Below, piece after piece: positions 12,791 through 27,000 of a DNA stretch of 64,000 nucleotides. Within the stretch, counting starts at the first letter, position 1, and each line of letters starts with the position of its first letter. The translations under genes and the position numbers were made by a program. Under the pieces are notes generated by a model, which worked only from the letters and a program-made list of their open reading frames with translations, did not search any database and was not told the origin of the DNA. This stretch comes from Phoronis australis (taxonomy: Eukaryota > Animalia > Phoronida), in NCBI GenBank assembly GCA_002633005.1, contig NMRA01000457.1:38145-102144 (forward strand), read 5' to 3'.

Positions 12791-15700
12791 TTTCTGGCGG
12801 AGTAAGGACAAGGATTTTCAATTGATCCGCTTGTGAGTAATTGAAAACAGTTGATTTGGTGATTGTTTGTAAATTTTTCAATACTCGTTTTGTGTGTTTA
12901 CACGCAGTACCGATACCCCAGCAATACGCTGCGATTCTCGAATAACCAAGGCGGACGAAGCGGATGAAGGTAAACTATTGTTTCTTGGGTTTCATACTGC
13001 ATTAAGTAGGGTGAAGCTCATTACCTTTAAGGTTTTCAAATCTGTGTCCATTATACGACAAACGAAAATGTTTACAAAAAGCCCTATCGGGCCGCAGGTT
13101 CACAAACTCGACAAAAAGCTTTAATATTAGTTCGAAAACAGTTCGACAATTAAAGAGACTAGAAGCCAGTGATTCAAACTTCAACGACAGAGAAGCAACA
13201 AAATTTTAGTGGCTGTATTCCAAAAGTTGAAAATGTTAAGAAAAGCAACAGTTCACTGTACTTTGTCAAACTTTGTTTGGATGCTTTACCAAGGCACAAG
13301 CTCTTGGAAGAATTGGTTCCAGGAAGGCACGTGCTTACAAATTTCCAATCATTTTGTTCGAAACCACTGTTCAGAACCTCGTAACATGAAATTTCGAATT
13401 TCTAGCTTTCGAACTAATGGTCTCTCGGACTTGTGAGGATATTTGAATTGGTGGATTTGTTTACTTACAAACCTTTGGAGTCGTAAATACCGCGATTTCA
13501 TAATTTTGGCCCACACTTTCCAAACTATTTGAAATTAGCTAACTAGTACGCCATCAACAAGCGAGATCTGACATTAGGAACAGTGACAGTATACCAAAAT
13601 TTCTGTAGAACCACTGACAAGAGTCACACCAGAGGCAAAAGGTATGTTTTCGTCTATTTACACGCCATACCCATACCCCAAAGATAACGTGCGACCTTCG
13701 TCAAACCAAAACGAAAGAAGAAAGATTTAAGACGAAAATTATGAAGGTAAAGTGTCGTTGCTTGGGTTTCATACTGCAGTGTACAGCTCAATACCTTGAA
13801 GGTTTTCAAATCAGTGGCCATAATACAACAAATGAAAATTCATTGAAAAAAGCCCTATCAGCCTGAATGTACGCAAATTCGACAAAAAAGCTTATTAGTA
13901 TGAAAATAATTCGACGATCTGAGAGACGAGAATTTAGTAATTGAAAGTTAATGACAAAGGAGAGGCAACATTTTAGAGGCGGAAAACCAAAACTTGAAAA
14001 TTAAAATAAAAGCGACAGTTCAGTACACATTGCCAAACTTTGTTTGGATACTTTACCAAGTTATTGGCTGTTCAAAGAATTCGTTTTAAGAAGCCACGTG
14101 CTTACAACTCTCCAAACATTTTGCTCAAAATCACTGTTCAAAATGCCTCGTGACATGAAAATTCGAACCTTTTGTTTTCGAACTAATGGTCTTTTGGGCT
14201 TGTGTGGATATTGATGGATTTATTTACTTGCTTGTCTTTGAAAACAAGGAATACCGGCATTTCATAACTTTACCCCACACTTTTTCTCACTTGTAGTTTT
14301 CAGTTCAGATCATATGATTTCATAGTTTCCAAGTGGTTGACTTCCTTTTATCATTATTTTAGGTCTTTTAGGTACTTGCCTTTCGTCGAACTATTTGACT
14401 TTGGCTGGCCAGTATACCATTAACATACGAGATCTGACACTGCGAGCAATGACAATATACCAAAAGTTCTGCAGGACCACTGACACGAATCGCACGAGAG
14501 TCAAGGTTCCCTTAACTTGTAAACATCATAGATGGTTCTAGGTTTCAGTACCAATTTGTGCTCCTGCGTGTCATCAAAACATGACCGACATTTTTTCGAT
14601 ATGGAAAAGGGAAGTGTAAAATCTACCAGCCAGTCATTCAGGCACATGTCTTTATTAATGCACAATGACTCACATCTAGTTTCAAGACATGTTCTCTTAA
14701 AAACCATTAAAAGTTAGCGAAAACCGAAGACCCATCGTTAATTAAGCAATCGTGTCAAAACATGATCGAAAATCATTTGATGAAAACTTTCGAGAAGTGA
14801 TCTCAGAAACAATGTTGATGTTCTAAATTGTGATTATTGCACTTTCGTTTTGTGAAAGACGTTTAAATCATAGTATGTGAACGTTTTAAATAAATCTGAA
14901 CTGCTATTTCTGAGATAGCAACCTTTGAATCGAGAGAAATGTAGAGGCTTTTTCTAGGGTCATACAGAATATGAACTAGAAGGATCTTGACCTCGCCACC
15001 ACTTGCAACGGACTAAAGATGTCGCTGAACCACCAACTCAAAACGACACCAGAGTCGGAAAAATAAAAAAATCCCGGAAATTGCCTCTTCCATCAGGACG
15101 TGCGCCATAAGATGCTATCTTATCCAAAATACAAAAGACGATAAAGGAGTGTAAATTTCGTTACTAAAACGTTTTGGACTTGCTGATAGGTGCAGTTACA
15201 GTTCTCCACCTGTGACAGCTGTGTGGTTTCCAGGTTGCTGCAAAATATTTTAAGTGTTGGCTGGTTTTTAATTGCATGATGGGTTCTTCTAAGGTATAAA
15301 AGCTCAGGCCGTGATGACACACTTCTAATCCCATGGACAGATCTGCCCATTTATCAATGGTGTTATCATTCGCTTGGACTAGAGGTTTGTTACTTTTCTT
15401 GCCTGTGGATTTGCGTTAACGCTAACGCACTTTCCAATCCCGCCCAACAAAGCACTAACATACAAACACAAGCCCTAACATACGAAGACATACACCACAA
15501 ATTAATCGAAATGGCGTTCAAGGTCGCGATAGCCATGCTCAATGGAATATTTGAATCCCTGTGGCGATGCAGAAGCAAGATGAAGCTGAGCAGTGCTTCC
15601 CGAGGTCGATTCCTGCCGGTGTAGGGAGAAACATTTTTCAATTGATCTGCGTACAGCAAATTGAAAGCAATTTATGGGTCGATTGTTTGTAAATTTTATC

Positions 15701-15918
15701 AATACACTTTTTTCCTATTTACATGCCATACCCATACCCAAATATAACCTTCGTTTAACCAAAACGAAAGAAGAAAGATTTAAGACGAAACCTATAAAGC
15801 TAAAGTATCGTTACTTGGGTTTCATACTGCAGTGTGTACAGCTCAATACCTTGAACGTTCTCAAAACCCTGCCCATAACATAGGCGGATTAAGGGGGGAC
15901 CCAGAGAGCCCGCCCCCC

Positions 15919-16033
15919 NNNNNNNNNNNNNNNNNNNNNNNNNNNNNNNNNNNNNNNNNNNNNNNNNNNNNNNNNNNNNNNNNNNNNNNNNNNNNNNNNN
16001 NNNNNNNNNNNNNNNNNNNNNNNNNNNNNNNNN
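15919..16033. other. Assembly gap (N run) between poly-C and poly-G tracts
   Basis: About 115 n characters. Confidence 0.99.
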
Positions 16034-16361
16034 GGGGGGGGGGGGGGGCTCAGATCCAATTTCAAGTGTCAAATTCGGAACACGGCACAATCGTACCGGA
16101 ACTATGGCTAAGTATAGGCTCTCCCGCGATATCTCAGGCGACCGAGACGACTTCCAAAGCAATCGCTTCATTATTGCCAACACAAAAAAACGGATTTGGT
16201 CTGTGGGGCAATTGAAGACTATTTTAAATACAACAAATTTGTTACGAACTGATTGCACAAAATATAAAACATGTAATAAGCATTACAAAAAGGAGTTTTC
16301 GCGCGCAAACGCTGTGGATTATAAATAAGTAGGTCTCATAGTGTCAATCTAAGAGGTAATC

Positions 16362-16425
16362 GTGGTGGTGCAGGGGTAAAGCACGCGCGCGCTACTAGTA
16401 AGGTGGGGAGTTCGAATCCGTGGTA
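16362..16425 (+). other. tRNA-like Pol III promoter remnant (SINE head or pseudo-tRNA)
   Basis: A-box-like TGGTGCAGGGG and B-box GAGTTCGAATCC at tRNA-like spacing; no good cloverleaf. Confidence 0.35.
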
Positions 16426-17794
16426 CTTCAGCTTTTTGCTGGTTGACACATTCTTCGTATATTTATTTTTTTTACCTTTTTTCTTGGATAATACTTCGAG
16501 AATCAGGGAAAATGCTTGATTTTTAGAGGAAAAAACAGAAAAATTTCGACCTCCCCCCATTCGGTGCTATGCATATCTACAATCGTGCTTGAACCAAATG
16601 TTTACAGACATAATGTTGGCCCCCCCTTGTGATATCCTAGATCCACCACTGCATAATATAACAAATGAAAACATTTTTAAAAGGGTGCTATTAGGCCGAA
16701 GGTTCACAATTTCGAGAAAAAGTTTATTAGTTCTTTGACAAGGACAAGGTCTGGTTAATTGAAAACAGTCGATGTTTCGATTATTTGTAAATTTTATCAA
16801 TGCATGTTTTGTTTATTTACACGCCACACCAAAGCCTCAACAATACCTCCATGACCCTCGGATAACCAAAACGAATTCCGAAAGATTTAAGGTGCACCTT
16901 ATGAAGGTAAACTATCAATAGTGTACAGCTCAATATGTTGAATGTCGTCAAATCCGTACCCGTAATACATGCACGTTAAACGAAAACGTTTTTAAAAAAG
17001 GCCATATCAAGTTGCTAGTTGAACAACGGTTTCAGTAACTTAATCGAAGTTTATTTGGTGAAAAGTTTCGATATGTGATCTTAGATACGCCGTTGACGTC
17101 ATAAACTATCATTTCATTTTTGTTTCGTGAACGGAGTTTAAATCACAGCATTTGAAAAATTTACCTAAATCTGCACTGCTATTTCTGGACGTTTCTCTAG
17201 GGTCATACAGGATCTTAACTAGAAGGACCCTGGCCTGGCACTCACTGTCAACGTACCAAATATAGCATTGAACCATCACCTTACAATGACACCAGAGTCG
17301 AAAAGGTAAGAAATCCCGAAAATTGCCTCTTTTTTGAGGGCGTGCACCATGAGATAGTATCATGGTTTCGTTCACTTGTAAATATCATAGAATCCTCTGG
17401 TTTTTAATAAACGTTTGTACTTCTGTGAGTCATCAAAAAATGACCGACACTTCTTTGATTTGGAAAAGCGAAATGAAAAATTTAGTAGCCAGTCATTTAG
17501 GCATCTGACTTTATTGATGTACACTGTTTCACACCTGATTTCAGGGCACATGTTCTCAAAAACCATAGAATGTAGCAAAAAAACAAGCGCACATTGATAG
17601 TAAGGCACTGGCATTAACAACAAGACCGAATTTCATTCGAAGAAAATGATCCAGATGTGAAATACGGTTAGTGCTCTAAAATATTAGCATTTCATTTTCG
17701 TTTTGTAAAAGGTATTTATATCATAGAAATGAAATTTACATAAATTTGAACAGCTTTTTCTGATACGAAGATTTAAAGTTAGAGAAATGTAGAT

Positions 17795-18705
17795 GTTTTT
17801 ATTCGCCCGCATATTTATATGTGAGTGTTTGTCATCTCTGCCTGCCCTGTTGTCCGGGCGTCCGGGATACGGCGTTCACAGCTGTATCTCTTAAATCCTC
17901 ACTGGACCTTGATGAGATTTGGCAGATGTGCTTCTATAAGGCTGACGACAGTTGACGACGAATTTTGGACGGATCTGCCTACCGGTGGCATTTTTTTTTT
18001 CGTTTATCTCTGGATTTTCATAAAACTTGGCTCATGGGTCAGTAAGATGACGCTATCCTCTCGTTTACGGATGACACCTAATGGCAAATTTTACTGCCCT
18101 CGAGTACATGTATATTTTTGGCGCCTACCCCTCCATCCATCAAACCACTCTAAGGATGATTGTGAATATTGGCATATATGTTCTTACTCTGAAGAAGGCA
18201 GCTGACAACGGCTTTCCGACGACTTCGACTACCGTGACACCTCCTATTGGCATTTTCCTTTGATTTTGCGCCCAGCCCATGGCTCTGCAAGATCTTTATT
18301 AAATTTAGCAAGAATCTTTATATTAAGTTGACAACGGATGACAACGATTCCAGGACGGATTGGACTACCGGTGTGCCTCGTAGTGGCAATTTAATGTTTT
18401 AAGTTTACCTAAAGTCTGTGTATTCAAAGGTTCTTTGACGGATTTTCATACAATTTGGCAGATAGGCATACATGTACATTAGTGAAATGATGCCTGTCTT
18501 TCATTTCGGGATGGATTGGGACTATTTTGCGGCACCTAGCGGCTATTTTTTTACTATTTTCGAGTCTGTTTGTCGTCCGCCCAGCTGTCACTCAAACCAC
18601 TCTATGGATGATTTTAAAACTTGGCATACATGTTTTTGCTGTAAAAAGGTCGGCTGACGGTCTTGTTCCGACAAAATTAACTACTGTGGCGCTTCTTGGT
18701 GGCAA
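17795..18705 (+). mobile_element. Truncated, diverged copy of the HINE-like element
   Basis: ttttattcgcccgcatatttatatgtg 5' end and the same core repeats. Confidence 0.65.
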
Positions 18706-21700
18706 ATTGAAAAATTTGATTTTGTCGGTTGTTTGTAAAATACACGTTTTTGTCTATTTACAAGCCATACACATACCCCAACGATGTGTTGCGACCCACG
18801 GAAAACCAAAGAGGAGAAAGATTTAGAATGAAAATTATGAAGGTTAACTAACGTTGGTTGCGTTTCATACTGCATTAATATAAATAACTGCAGTTCGATA
18901 CTTTGAAGGTTCTCAAGTCCAAACATCCATAACACGACAAATGAAACTGTTTTTAAAAATGCCCTGTCAGGCCCAAGGTTCATGATTCCGACAGACAAGA
19001 AAGTTAGTTTGTCCGAAATAAGGCCACGAAACCAGAAGCCGGTTATTCAAAGTCAACGACAGCGAAGCAGCAAAATTTTAGTGGCGGTAAAACAAAGTTT
19101 GAAAATATAAGTGAAAGCGAAAGCTCAGTGCACATTGCTGAACTGTGTTTGAATCTTTTCCAGGGGCACTGGCTCTTTTAGTGTTTAATATTCCAAAATA
19201 TTTTGTTCCAAATCACCGTTCAGAACCTTATGTAATTAAAGTTTGAACTTTAAGCTTTCGCAGTTATGGGCTTTCGTACTTGCGCGTATTTGTGGACATT
19301 TAAACCTTCGGAAAAATGAAGCCGTAATTTCATACCTTCAGCAAACACACTTTCTCACTTCTAGTTTTAAATTGAAGTCATGTAGGTTTTATCGCTTTTA
19401 ACGGCTTGGTTTCTTTTTAATCGTATTGTAGATTTAATAGCAACTTGGTCATTCTTCCAACGGTGGACTTTGGCTGACTAGTATACCATTAACGCGCGGA
19501 ATTTAACGTCGAAAGCAGTGACAGTATACCCAAGGTAGGCCCGGACAACTAACACAAATGTCACCAGTAATGTTCATCTGAAACCACCCTTGTTTGATTT
19601 GAAAAAGCGAGGTTCAAAATTTACTCGCCAGTCATCCAACATCTGTCTTTATTCATGAACACTGTTTCACACCTGGTTTCAGGGCAAAAAACTGTGAATT
19701 TAAGAAAAAAACAACAAAATAACATTAATGTTAAAGCAATGGTATCAATCACACAGCATAATTTCATTCGATGAAAGTAAATGTTTCAGATGTCATCACA
19801 GAATAACAGTTAATATGATCATTTTATTTTCGCTTTTTGAACGATGTTTAAATCATGGTACTCGACTGCTATTCTGATACAAATCTTCAAAGTTAGAGAA
19901 ATTTGAACGTTATTCCAAATAAAATACATGATCTGAACAACCATGACCTCACCACTACTGACAGAGAACCAAAGATAACAATGAACCACCTACTCAAATG
20001 ATACCGTAATTGGAAAGGTAAAAAAATCTCTGAAGTTGCACCTTCCGTGAGGGCGCGCCATGAGATGCTGTCTTACACGGTACACGAAGGACGATAGAGG
20101 TATGAAATTTTCGTTATTGATAACATTTTGTCTGGCTGATACTTGCAGTTATAGTTGTGTACCTGTGTCAACTTTGTGGTGTCCAAATCATTGTAACAGC
20201 GTTTAAGTGCTGTCGAACATTGTTTGGATCCTTTCGAGAGGAGTCACTGGCACTTCCAAAAAGTAGTTTCAAACAGGAACGTGCATACAAATCTCTGAAC
20301 ATTTCTCTAACTGCAATAAATGAACGTTGGAAATTTTAGCTTTCAAACTAATGGACAATCAACGTAGTTTGGACTTTTGGATTTATGGATTTTTGGACTT
20401 GCAAACCTTCGGACCAATGAATAAGTGATTTCATACCTTCTGCTCACACTCTTTCTCACTTTTACTTTTCAATTTAGATCAAAAGGTTTCATTGCTTCCA
20501 ATGAGATGTCGATGTTTAAGCATCATTGTAGGCTTTTAAGGAACTGACCTAATTTCGTCAAACCACTGGACATTGGCTGACTAGTATACCATTGTCGTGC
20601 GGGGATCTGACGTCGCGAGCAGTGAGAGTGTACCAAAGGTTCCGCTGGACCACTCACAGGAATGACATCAGAGTCAAAAAGTATGGTGCCGTTCACCCCT
20701 AAATATCCTGGAAGTTAAATGCTTTGACTGTCTGTGTGTTCTACGAGTCATCAAAACTGTACAGAAGCCTTGTTTGATTTGGAAAAGTTAAGTCATTCAG
20801 GCATCTAGTTTTATTCATATGCAATGTATTACATCTAGTTTCAGGGTACAGTCCATCAAAAACCGTAAAATTTAGCAAAAGGCAAAACCACGTTAATGTA
20901 AAAACAATGATATCAAAAACAGGATCGAATTTCATTGCATGAAAGTGTTCCAGAAGTGACCTCAGAACTCTATTAAGGTTCTAAAATATGCTTTTCATTT
21001 TTGTTTTGTGAGCTGTCTTTAAATCACAGTATTTGGAAGTGTTACATCAATAAGAACAGCTATTTCTGAGATATGAACGTTCAAAGTTAGAGAAATATAG
21101 ACGTTTGTTCCGGGGTCTTATAGGATCTGAGCAAGCAGGACACTGACCTTACCACCACTGGCACAGAACAAAAGATTTCGTTGAACCACCAACACAAAAT
21201 GCTACCATAATCGGAAACTTAAAAATCCCTTAAGCTGCATTCTCCCTTAGGCTGCATCATGAGATGCTGCCCTAAAAGATAAATGAAGGACGATAGAGGT
21301 GTGTAACTGTCGTTATTGACAACATTTTGGACTGACTGACACTTGTGACAACTTTGTGGTGTCTTGATCATTGTAACAGCTTTAAAGTGACAACGGTACA
21401 TGTATTTTACTTATACTCTGGCTTGTACTCAAGTTTTAGTGTTTGGTTCGTGATGACGCACATGTACTTTAAATGGATACACCTCTCCATGCACCAAATC
21501 TATAACCATTCGCTTTCACTTATCGTTTGTTACTTGTATGCTGGTACATTCGTATTGACGATAACACTCTTTCTAATTTTGATTAACATTTGTACTAACA
21601 TACTAACACATACCCTAACACACTAAAAACAGCATGACTGAATCCAAATGACGATCCTGTGTGCATGCTGAATGCTGTTAACTGAGTTCCTCTGCAGATG

Positions 21701-22567
21701 CCATAACCAAGTGGAGCTGAGCAGTGGTTCCCTTGGTCGATTACACCCGTGGCATGGAAAAGGATTTTTCAATTACATTGATTATTCAAGTATCAAATGG
21801 AAAACAACAATTGATTTCTCAATTGTTTGTAAATTTTATTATTCCATGGTTATGTTTATTTACTTGCTATACTCACACAACAACGACCCCTTGATTACCA
21901 AGACGGGAGAAGGAGAATGGAAGAAGAAGAATGACAAACGAAGACTAAAATTAAGAACGTAATATAATTTAGCTTGCGATTCATACTGAATTGTTATAAA
22001 TAGGGTTGATCTTTATACTGTGAAGGTTTACAAGTCTAAAGACAAATCATCTGACACTTGAATATATTTCTAAAAGAGTCCTTTAACCCTGAGGGTTCAC
22101 AAATCCGACAGAAAGAAAATATAGTTAGTTCGAAACTAGTCCGAAGGTCTATTATACCTGAATACTGTGATTTAGCCATCGACAGGAAGCATCACGATTG
22201 AAGTGGTAGTAAACAAATAATTGAAAATGTAAATAAATGCAAATCTCTGCACATTGCTGAATATTGTTTTGATCCTTCCGACAGGCTCTCAGGGTTCCAT
22301 AGGCATAGGTTCAAATTGGCACGTGCATATAAATACCCGAACCTTAATTTTTCTCCAAAACATCTTTTCAAAATCTTGATACATGAAAGTTCTAACTTTT
22401 AGCTTCGGACTGGTGTGGACCTTCGAATTTATAGATTTTTGGACGTTTAAGCTTTCAGAACTATGAATACCTTGAATTCATACCTTCTGCTCACACTCTT
22501 TCTCACTCGTAGATTTCAATTCAGATCATACGATTTCATTGCCTCCAAGGGGTTGACTTCGTTTGAA

Positions 22568-24073
22568 TTTTATTATGCGCCCACATATTTATATGCCGTC
22601 ATCTCCGTCCTCCCGTCCGTCCGGGGGGCGTCCGGCGTCTGGGGTCCGGCGTCCGCTGCTCTATTTCCAAAACCCTTTGACATACGTTCATGAAATTTGA
22701 CACATGTGTTCCATTCATGAATGGGACGGCATGTGCGAGCTTTCGGACGGATCCGACTACCGGTGTGCCCCCTAGTGACAATTTTAGTTTTTTACGCTTA
22801 CCTTTGTATCTTCAAAAGTCCTGAACGGATTTTCATGAAATTTGGTATGTAGGCACCTATTAGTGAGATGACGCTATCCTCCCGTTTTCAGATGGATTCG
22901 ACATAGTTTGCGCCACCTACTGGCCATCTTTAGTGTTTTCGAGTCTGTTTTTGTGCGTCCACACCTCTATCAACCAAATCGCTCAAAGGATGATTGTGAA
23001 AATTGGCATGTATATGCTTACTATGTAGAGGACGGTTGACGATGATTTTCCGACGATTTCGACTACTGTGGCGCCTCCTAGTGGCAGTTTTGTTTTTTTT
23101 TCGCCTATGGCTGTATCTCCTAAACCGTTCGCAGGATCATTACGAAATTGTGTAAGTATATTTATATGATGTTATCAACGGAACACGACGACTTTCGGAC
23201 GGATCCGACTACCGGTGTGCCCCCTAGTGGCAATTTTATTTTTTTACGTTTACCTCTGTATCTTCACAAGTCCTTAACGGATTTTCATGAAATTTGGTAT
23301 GTAGGCACCTATTAGTGAGATGACGATATCCTCCTGTTTTCGGATAGATTCGACCTAGTTTGCGACACCCAGTGGCCATTTTTACTGTTTTTGAGTCTGT
23401 TTTTTGGCGTCCACCCCTCTATCAACCAAGCCGCTCTAAGTATGATTGTGAAAATTGGCATGTATGTTCGTACTATCAAGAGGACGGTTGACGCTGAATT
23501 TCCTATGACTTTCATTACTGAAGCGCATCCTAGTGGCAGTTTTTTTGCGCCCATGGCTGTATCTCCCAAACCGTTTGCAGGATCTTTACTAAATTTAGCA
23601 AGTGTATTGATGTGATGTTGACAACGGACGATGACGACTTGAGGATGATTCTGACAACCGGTATGCCTCTAGTGGCAATTTAAGTATTTTACATTGACCT
23701 CTGTATTTTCATAGGTCTTCAGGTGTATACTTTGTGTTACTTCGTGACTATGAAGGAAAAGTTCCAAGTAGAAATTTGTTTCTGGCCTTCTAATGCTGTG
23801 GTAATCTCGTATGTTGTTAAATTTGTTTTTAATTCTGTTTCTGTGGTACTTTAAGCAACTGATGTATAGGATGTACTTGTATTATGAAGATCACTCACAT
23901 TTTGCCCCTAGCCTATTGAGGAGACAATGACCATGCCTTTCCATTTTGCAAAGTACTACATACTACATATATTCCCTCTACTGGCCACTTTATGGTACCA
24001 ATAAACAACCCTAGAAGGATACCGTATCCGGTGCAATTGTGGGCGCATTTCAACGCTCTGCGTTGCTCTTGTT
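22568..24073 (+). mobile_element. Helentron-associated (DINE-1/HINE-like) non-autonomous element, complete
   Basis: 5' TTTTATTATGCGCCCAC subterminal repeat and its inverse GTGGGCGCAT at 24039-24048. GTCC/CGTCC microsatellite-like tract near the 5' end, internal tandem repeats, 3' hairpin CAACGC-TCT-GCGTTG (24051-24065). Inserted at a T-run; empty site visible in other array units (e.g. ~14340-14365). Confidence 0.75.
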
Positions 24074-27000
24074 GTAGGTTTTTAGAGACTTCGCCAAATT
24101 TCTTCGAACCACTGGACTGACTAATTTACCACTAGCATGCGGCATGCGGGATTTGACCACGCGAACAGTGGGATGAAACCACAGGACCACTTACACGAAT
24201 GACACCATAGCCAAAAAGTATGGTGCCATTAAGCTGTAAACATCCTGGAAGTTACATGCTTTGACCGTATGTGCATTCTAGGACCCATCAATTCACACCT
24301 GGTTTCAGGGCACAATAAATTATTTCTCAAAAACCATAAAATTTAGCTCAGGACAAAAAGCACATTAATGGTAAAACAATGGTATCAATAACAAGATCGA
24401 ATCTTAAATTAATGAAGATGTTCCTGAAGTCATCTCAAAACTCTGTTAAAGTTGTAAAATATGCTCTTATCGTTTTCTGAACGGTGTTTAAATTATAGTA
24501 TTTGAAAGTTTTACATCAATGTGACCTGTCATTTCTGAGATACAAACGTTAGAGAAATGTAGACGTTCTTTTCTAGGGTATTACAGGTTTCGAATAAACA
24601 AAGACCATGGCCTTGCCACCACTGGCAGTGGACCAAAGATGTTGCTGAACCACGAACACAAAATAACACCAGAGTGGAAAAGGATAAACGTCTCGTAAGT
24701 TGCTTCTTCCGTGAGGGCGCGGGCCATGAGTTGTTGTCTTACCGATTCATGAAAGACGACAGTGGTGTATAGCTTTTGTTATTTATAATATTTTAGTTTG
24801 GGTGGCACTTGCGGTTACAGTTCTCCACCTATGACAATTGTGTGGTGTCTAGGTCGCGTCGTTGTAAAATATTTTAAGTTTTGGCTGTATTTACTTGTAC
24901 TCTGGGTTGTACTCAGGTTTTAGTGTTTGGTTCGTGATGACGCACATAAACTTTAAATGGATACACCTCTCCATCCACCAAATCTGTCACCATTCGCTTG
25001 CAATCCACGTGTGTTAATTGTCTTGCTCGTGTATTCGCGTTGACGCTGATGCTCTTTCTAATCCCGGCTAACAAATACACTAACTTACTGACAAACGTAC
25101 CCAGAAAGACAGCATGAATAAATCCAAATAGCTTAAAAGGTCACAAAAAGTTTTGTTAATACATGTTTTTTGTCTATTGACTCGCCATACCCACGCAACA
25201 GCGATACGCTGCAACCCACGGATAACCAAAACGGAAGAAGAAGCATAAAAAGAAGAAAATTCACAACCGAATTCTAAAGCTAAGAAGGAAATCTAATGTT
25301 GCTTGGGAATCATAATGCATTGGCATAAACAGGATAGACCTCGATACTCCGAAGGTGTACAAGTTAGAAGGCAAATTATGCGACAAGTGAAAACGTTTTC
25401 AAAAGGACCTTGAGTCCGAAGGTTCACAAATCCAACAAAACGAAGGTCTAGTTGAAACTATTGACGAGGTCTGACAGCAGAGCAGCAAAATTTTACTGGC
25501 TTTATTCCAAAATTTGATAATGTAACTAAATGTAGCAGCTCAGTAAGCACTGACAAAATTTGTTTGGATCCCATTGAGGAGCACTGGCTCTTCGAATCAC
25601 TAGTTTCAAACGGCACGTGTATTTTTCATGAAATCTTTTTTCAGAACCTCGTGTCCTGAAAAATCGAACGTTTACTTTTGAAAATGATAAGCTTTCGGAC
25701 TTCAATGGATATTCAGATTGATAGATTCTTGGTCTAGCTAACCTTGAAACCGAGGAATACCGTGATTTCATACCTTCGGCCCAAACACCTTCTCACTTTT
25801 AGATTTCAATTCCGGTCGTATTGCTTTATCACTTTCAAGGGGTTCATTTTTAGCGACATGTCCTAGTGGCCAACAACCGGACTTTGGCTGACTAATATAC
25901 CATCCACGTGTGATAACTGAAGTTGCCAGCAGTGACAGTGTATCAAATGTGTTGCAGGACCACTATGACGAAAGACATTAGAGTCAAACGGTGTGGTGCA
26001 GTTCATCTGTAAACGCCCTTGACTTGTGTATTTCTATGTGCAACTTGTTTGATTCGGAAAAATGAAGTGAAAATTCTATTCTCATTCAGGCACCGTCTTT
26101 ATTCATGTCCACTGTTTCATACCTGGTTCCAGGGCACAATCTTTCAAAAACTGCAAAATTTATCAAAAGAGAAAAGCACATTATTAGTAAAACAACGGTG
26201 TCAATAACAATATCGAATATCATTTGATAAAAAAAAATTCAGAAGTGGTATCAGAAACACTTTTAATAATCTAAAATATGTGCATTTCATTTTCGTTTTG
26301 TGCACGACGTTTAAATAATAATATTTGAATGTTTCACATAAATCTGAAGAGCTATATTTGAGAAATGTACTTGACACTTCTTTTAGGGTCATACAGGATC
26401 TGAAAAAACAGGATTCACCACTAGCAACAAACCAAACATGTCGCTGAGCCACTAACACAAAAAGACAGGAGAGTCAGAAAGTTAACAGAAGCCCGGAAGT
26501 TGCCTCTTGCGTTAGGTCACAGGCCATGAGGTGCTGTCTTGCCCGATGCATGAAGCACGATAGGGGTAACTGTCGTTATTGATAACACTTTGGTCTTTAC
26601 CTGTTACCACTGTTTGGTGTCCATTTCGTTGTAATAGACTTCAAGTGTTGCCTGCATTTTAGTTTTACCCTTGGTTCTACTCATGTATTAATGCTTGGGG
26701 CGTGATGACGTACATTTACTCTAATGAATAGATCTGCCCATTTGTCAATTGTATTTACAATTCGCTTGGACTAGACGTTTGTTATTTTCCTGCTTGTGCT
26801 TTCGCGTTGACGCTAACGCACTTTCTAATCCCGCCCAACAATTGCCCTAACATACCAGGAAAGACGGCATGAATTAATCCAAAGGACGTTCAAGGTCACA
26901 AAATACGTGCTGAATGGTGTTATTTGAATTCCTCTGGAGATGCCACAACCAGATGGAGATGAACAATGGTTCCTGTGACCGATTTCTATCAGCGTAGAGA

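Larger units (their letters stand above)
15879..16651. mobile_element. GC-rich-ended MITE/composite insertion with 5-bp TSD, spans an N gap
   Basis: CATAA|CATAGGCGGATT ... AGATCCACCACTG|CATAA. The flanks rejoin to the array-unit sequence gccataatacaacaaatgaaa. Confidence 0.55.

Noticed and set aside
16040-16143. Match to 58312-58403, both next to N and homopolymer runs
   Set aside because: An ordinary dispersed repeat whose poly-G/C tract breaks assembly; no further significance seen.
21450-21560. Box C/D snoRNA array (GTGATGA in each unit)
   Set aside because: No conserved box D (CTGA) at suitable distance, no terminal stem, no evident rRNA antisense element.
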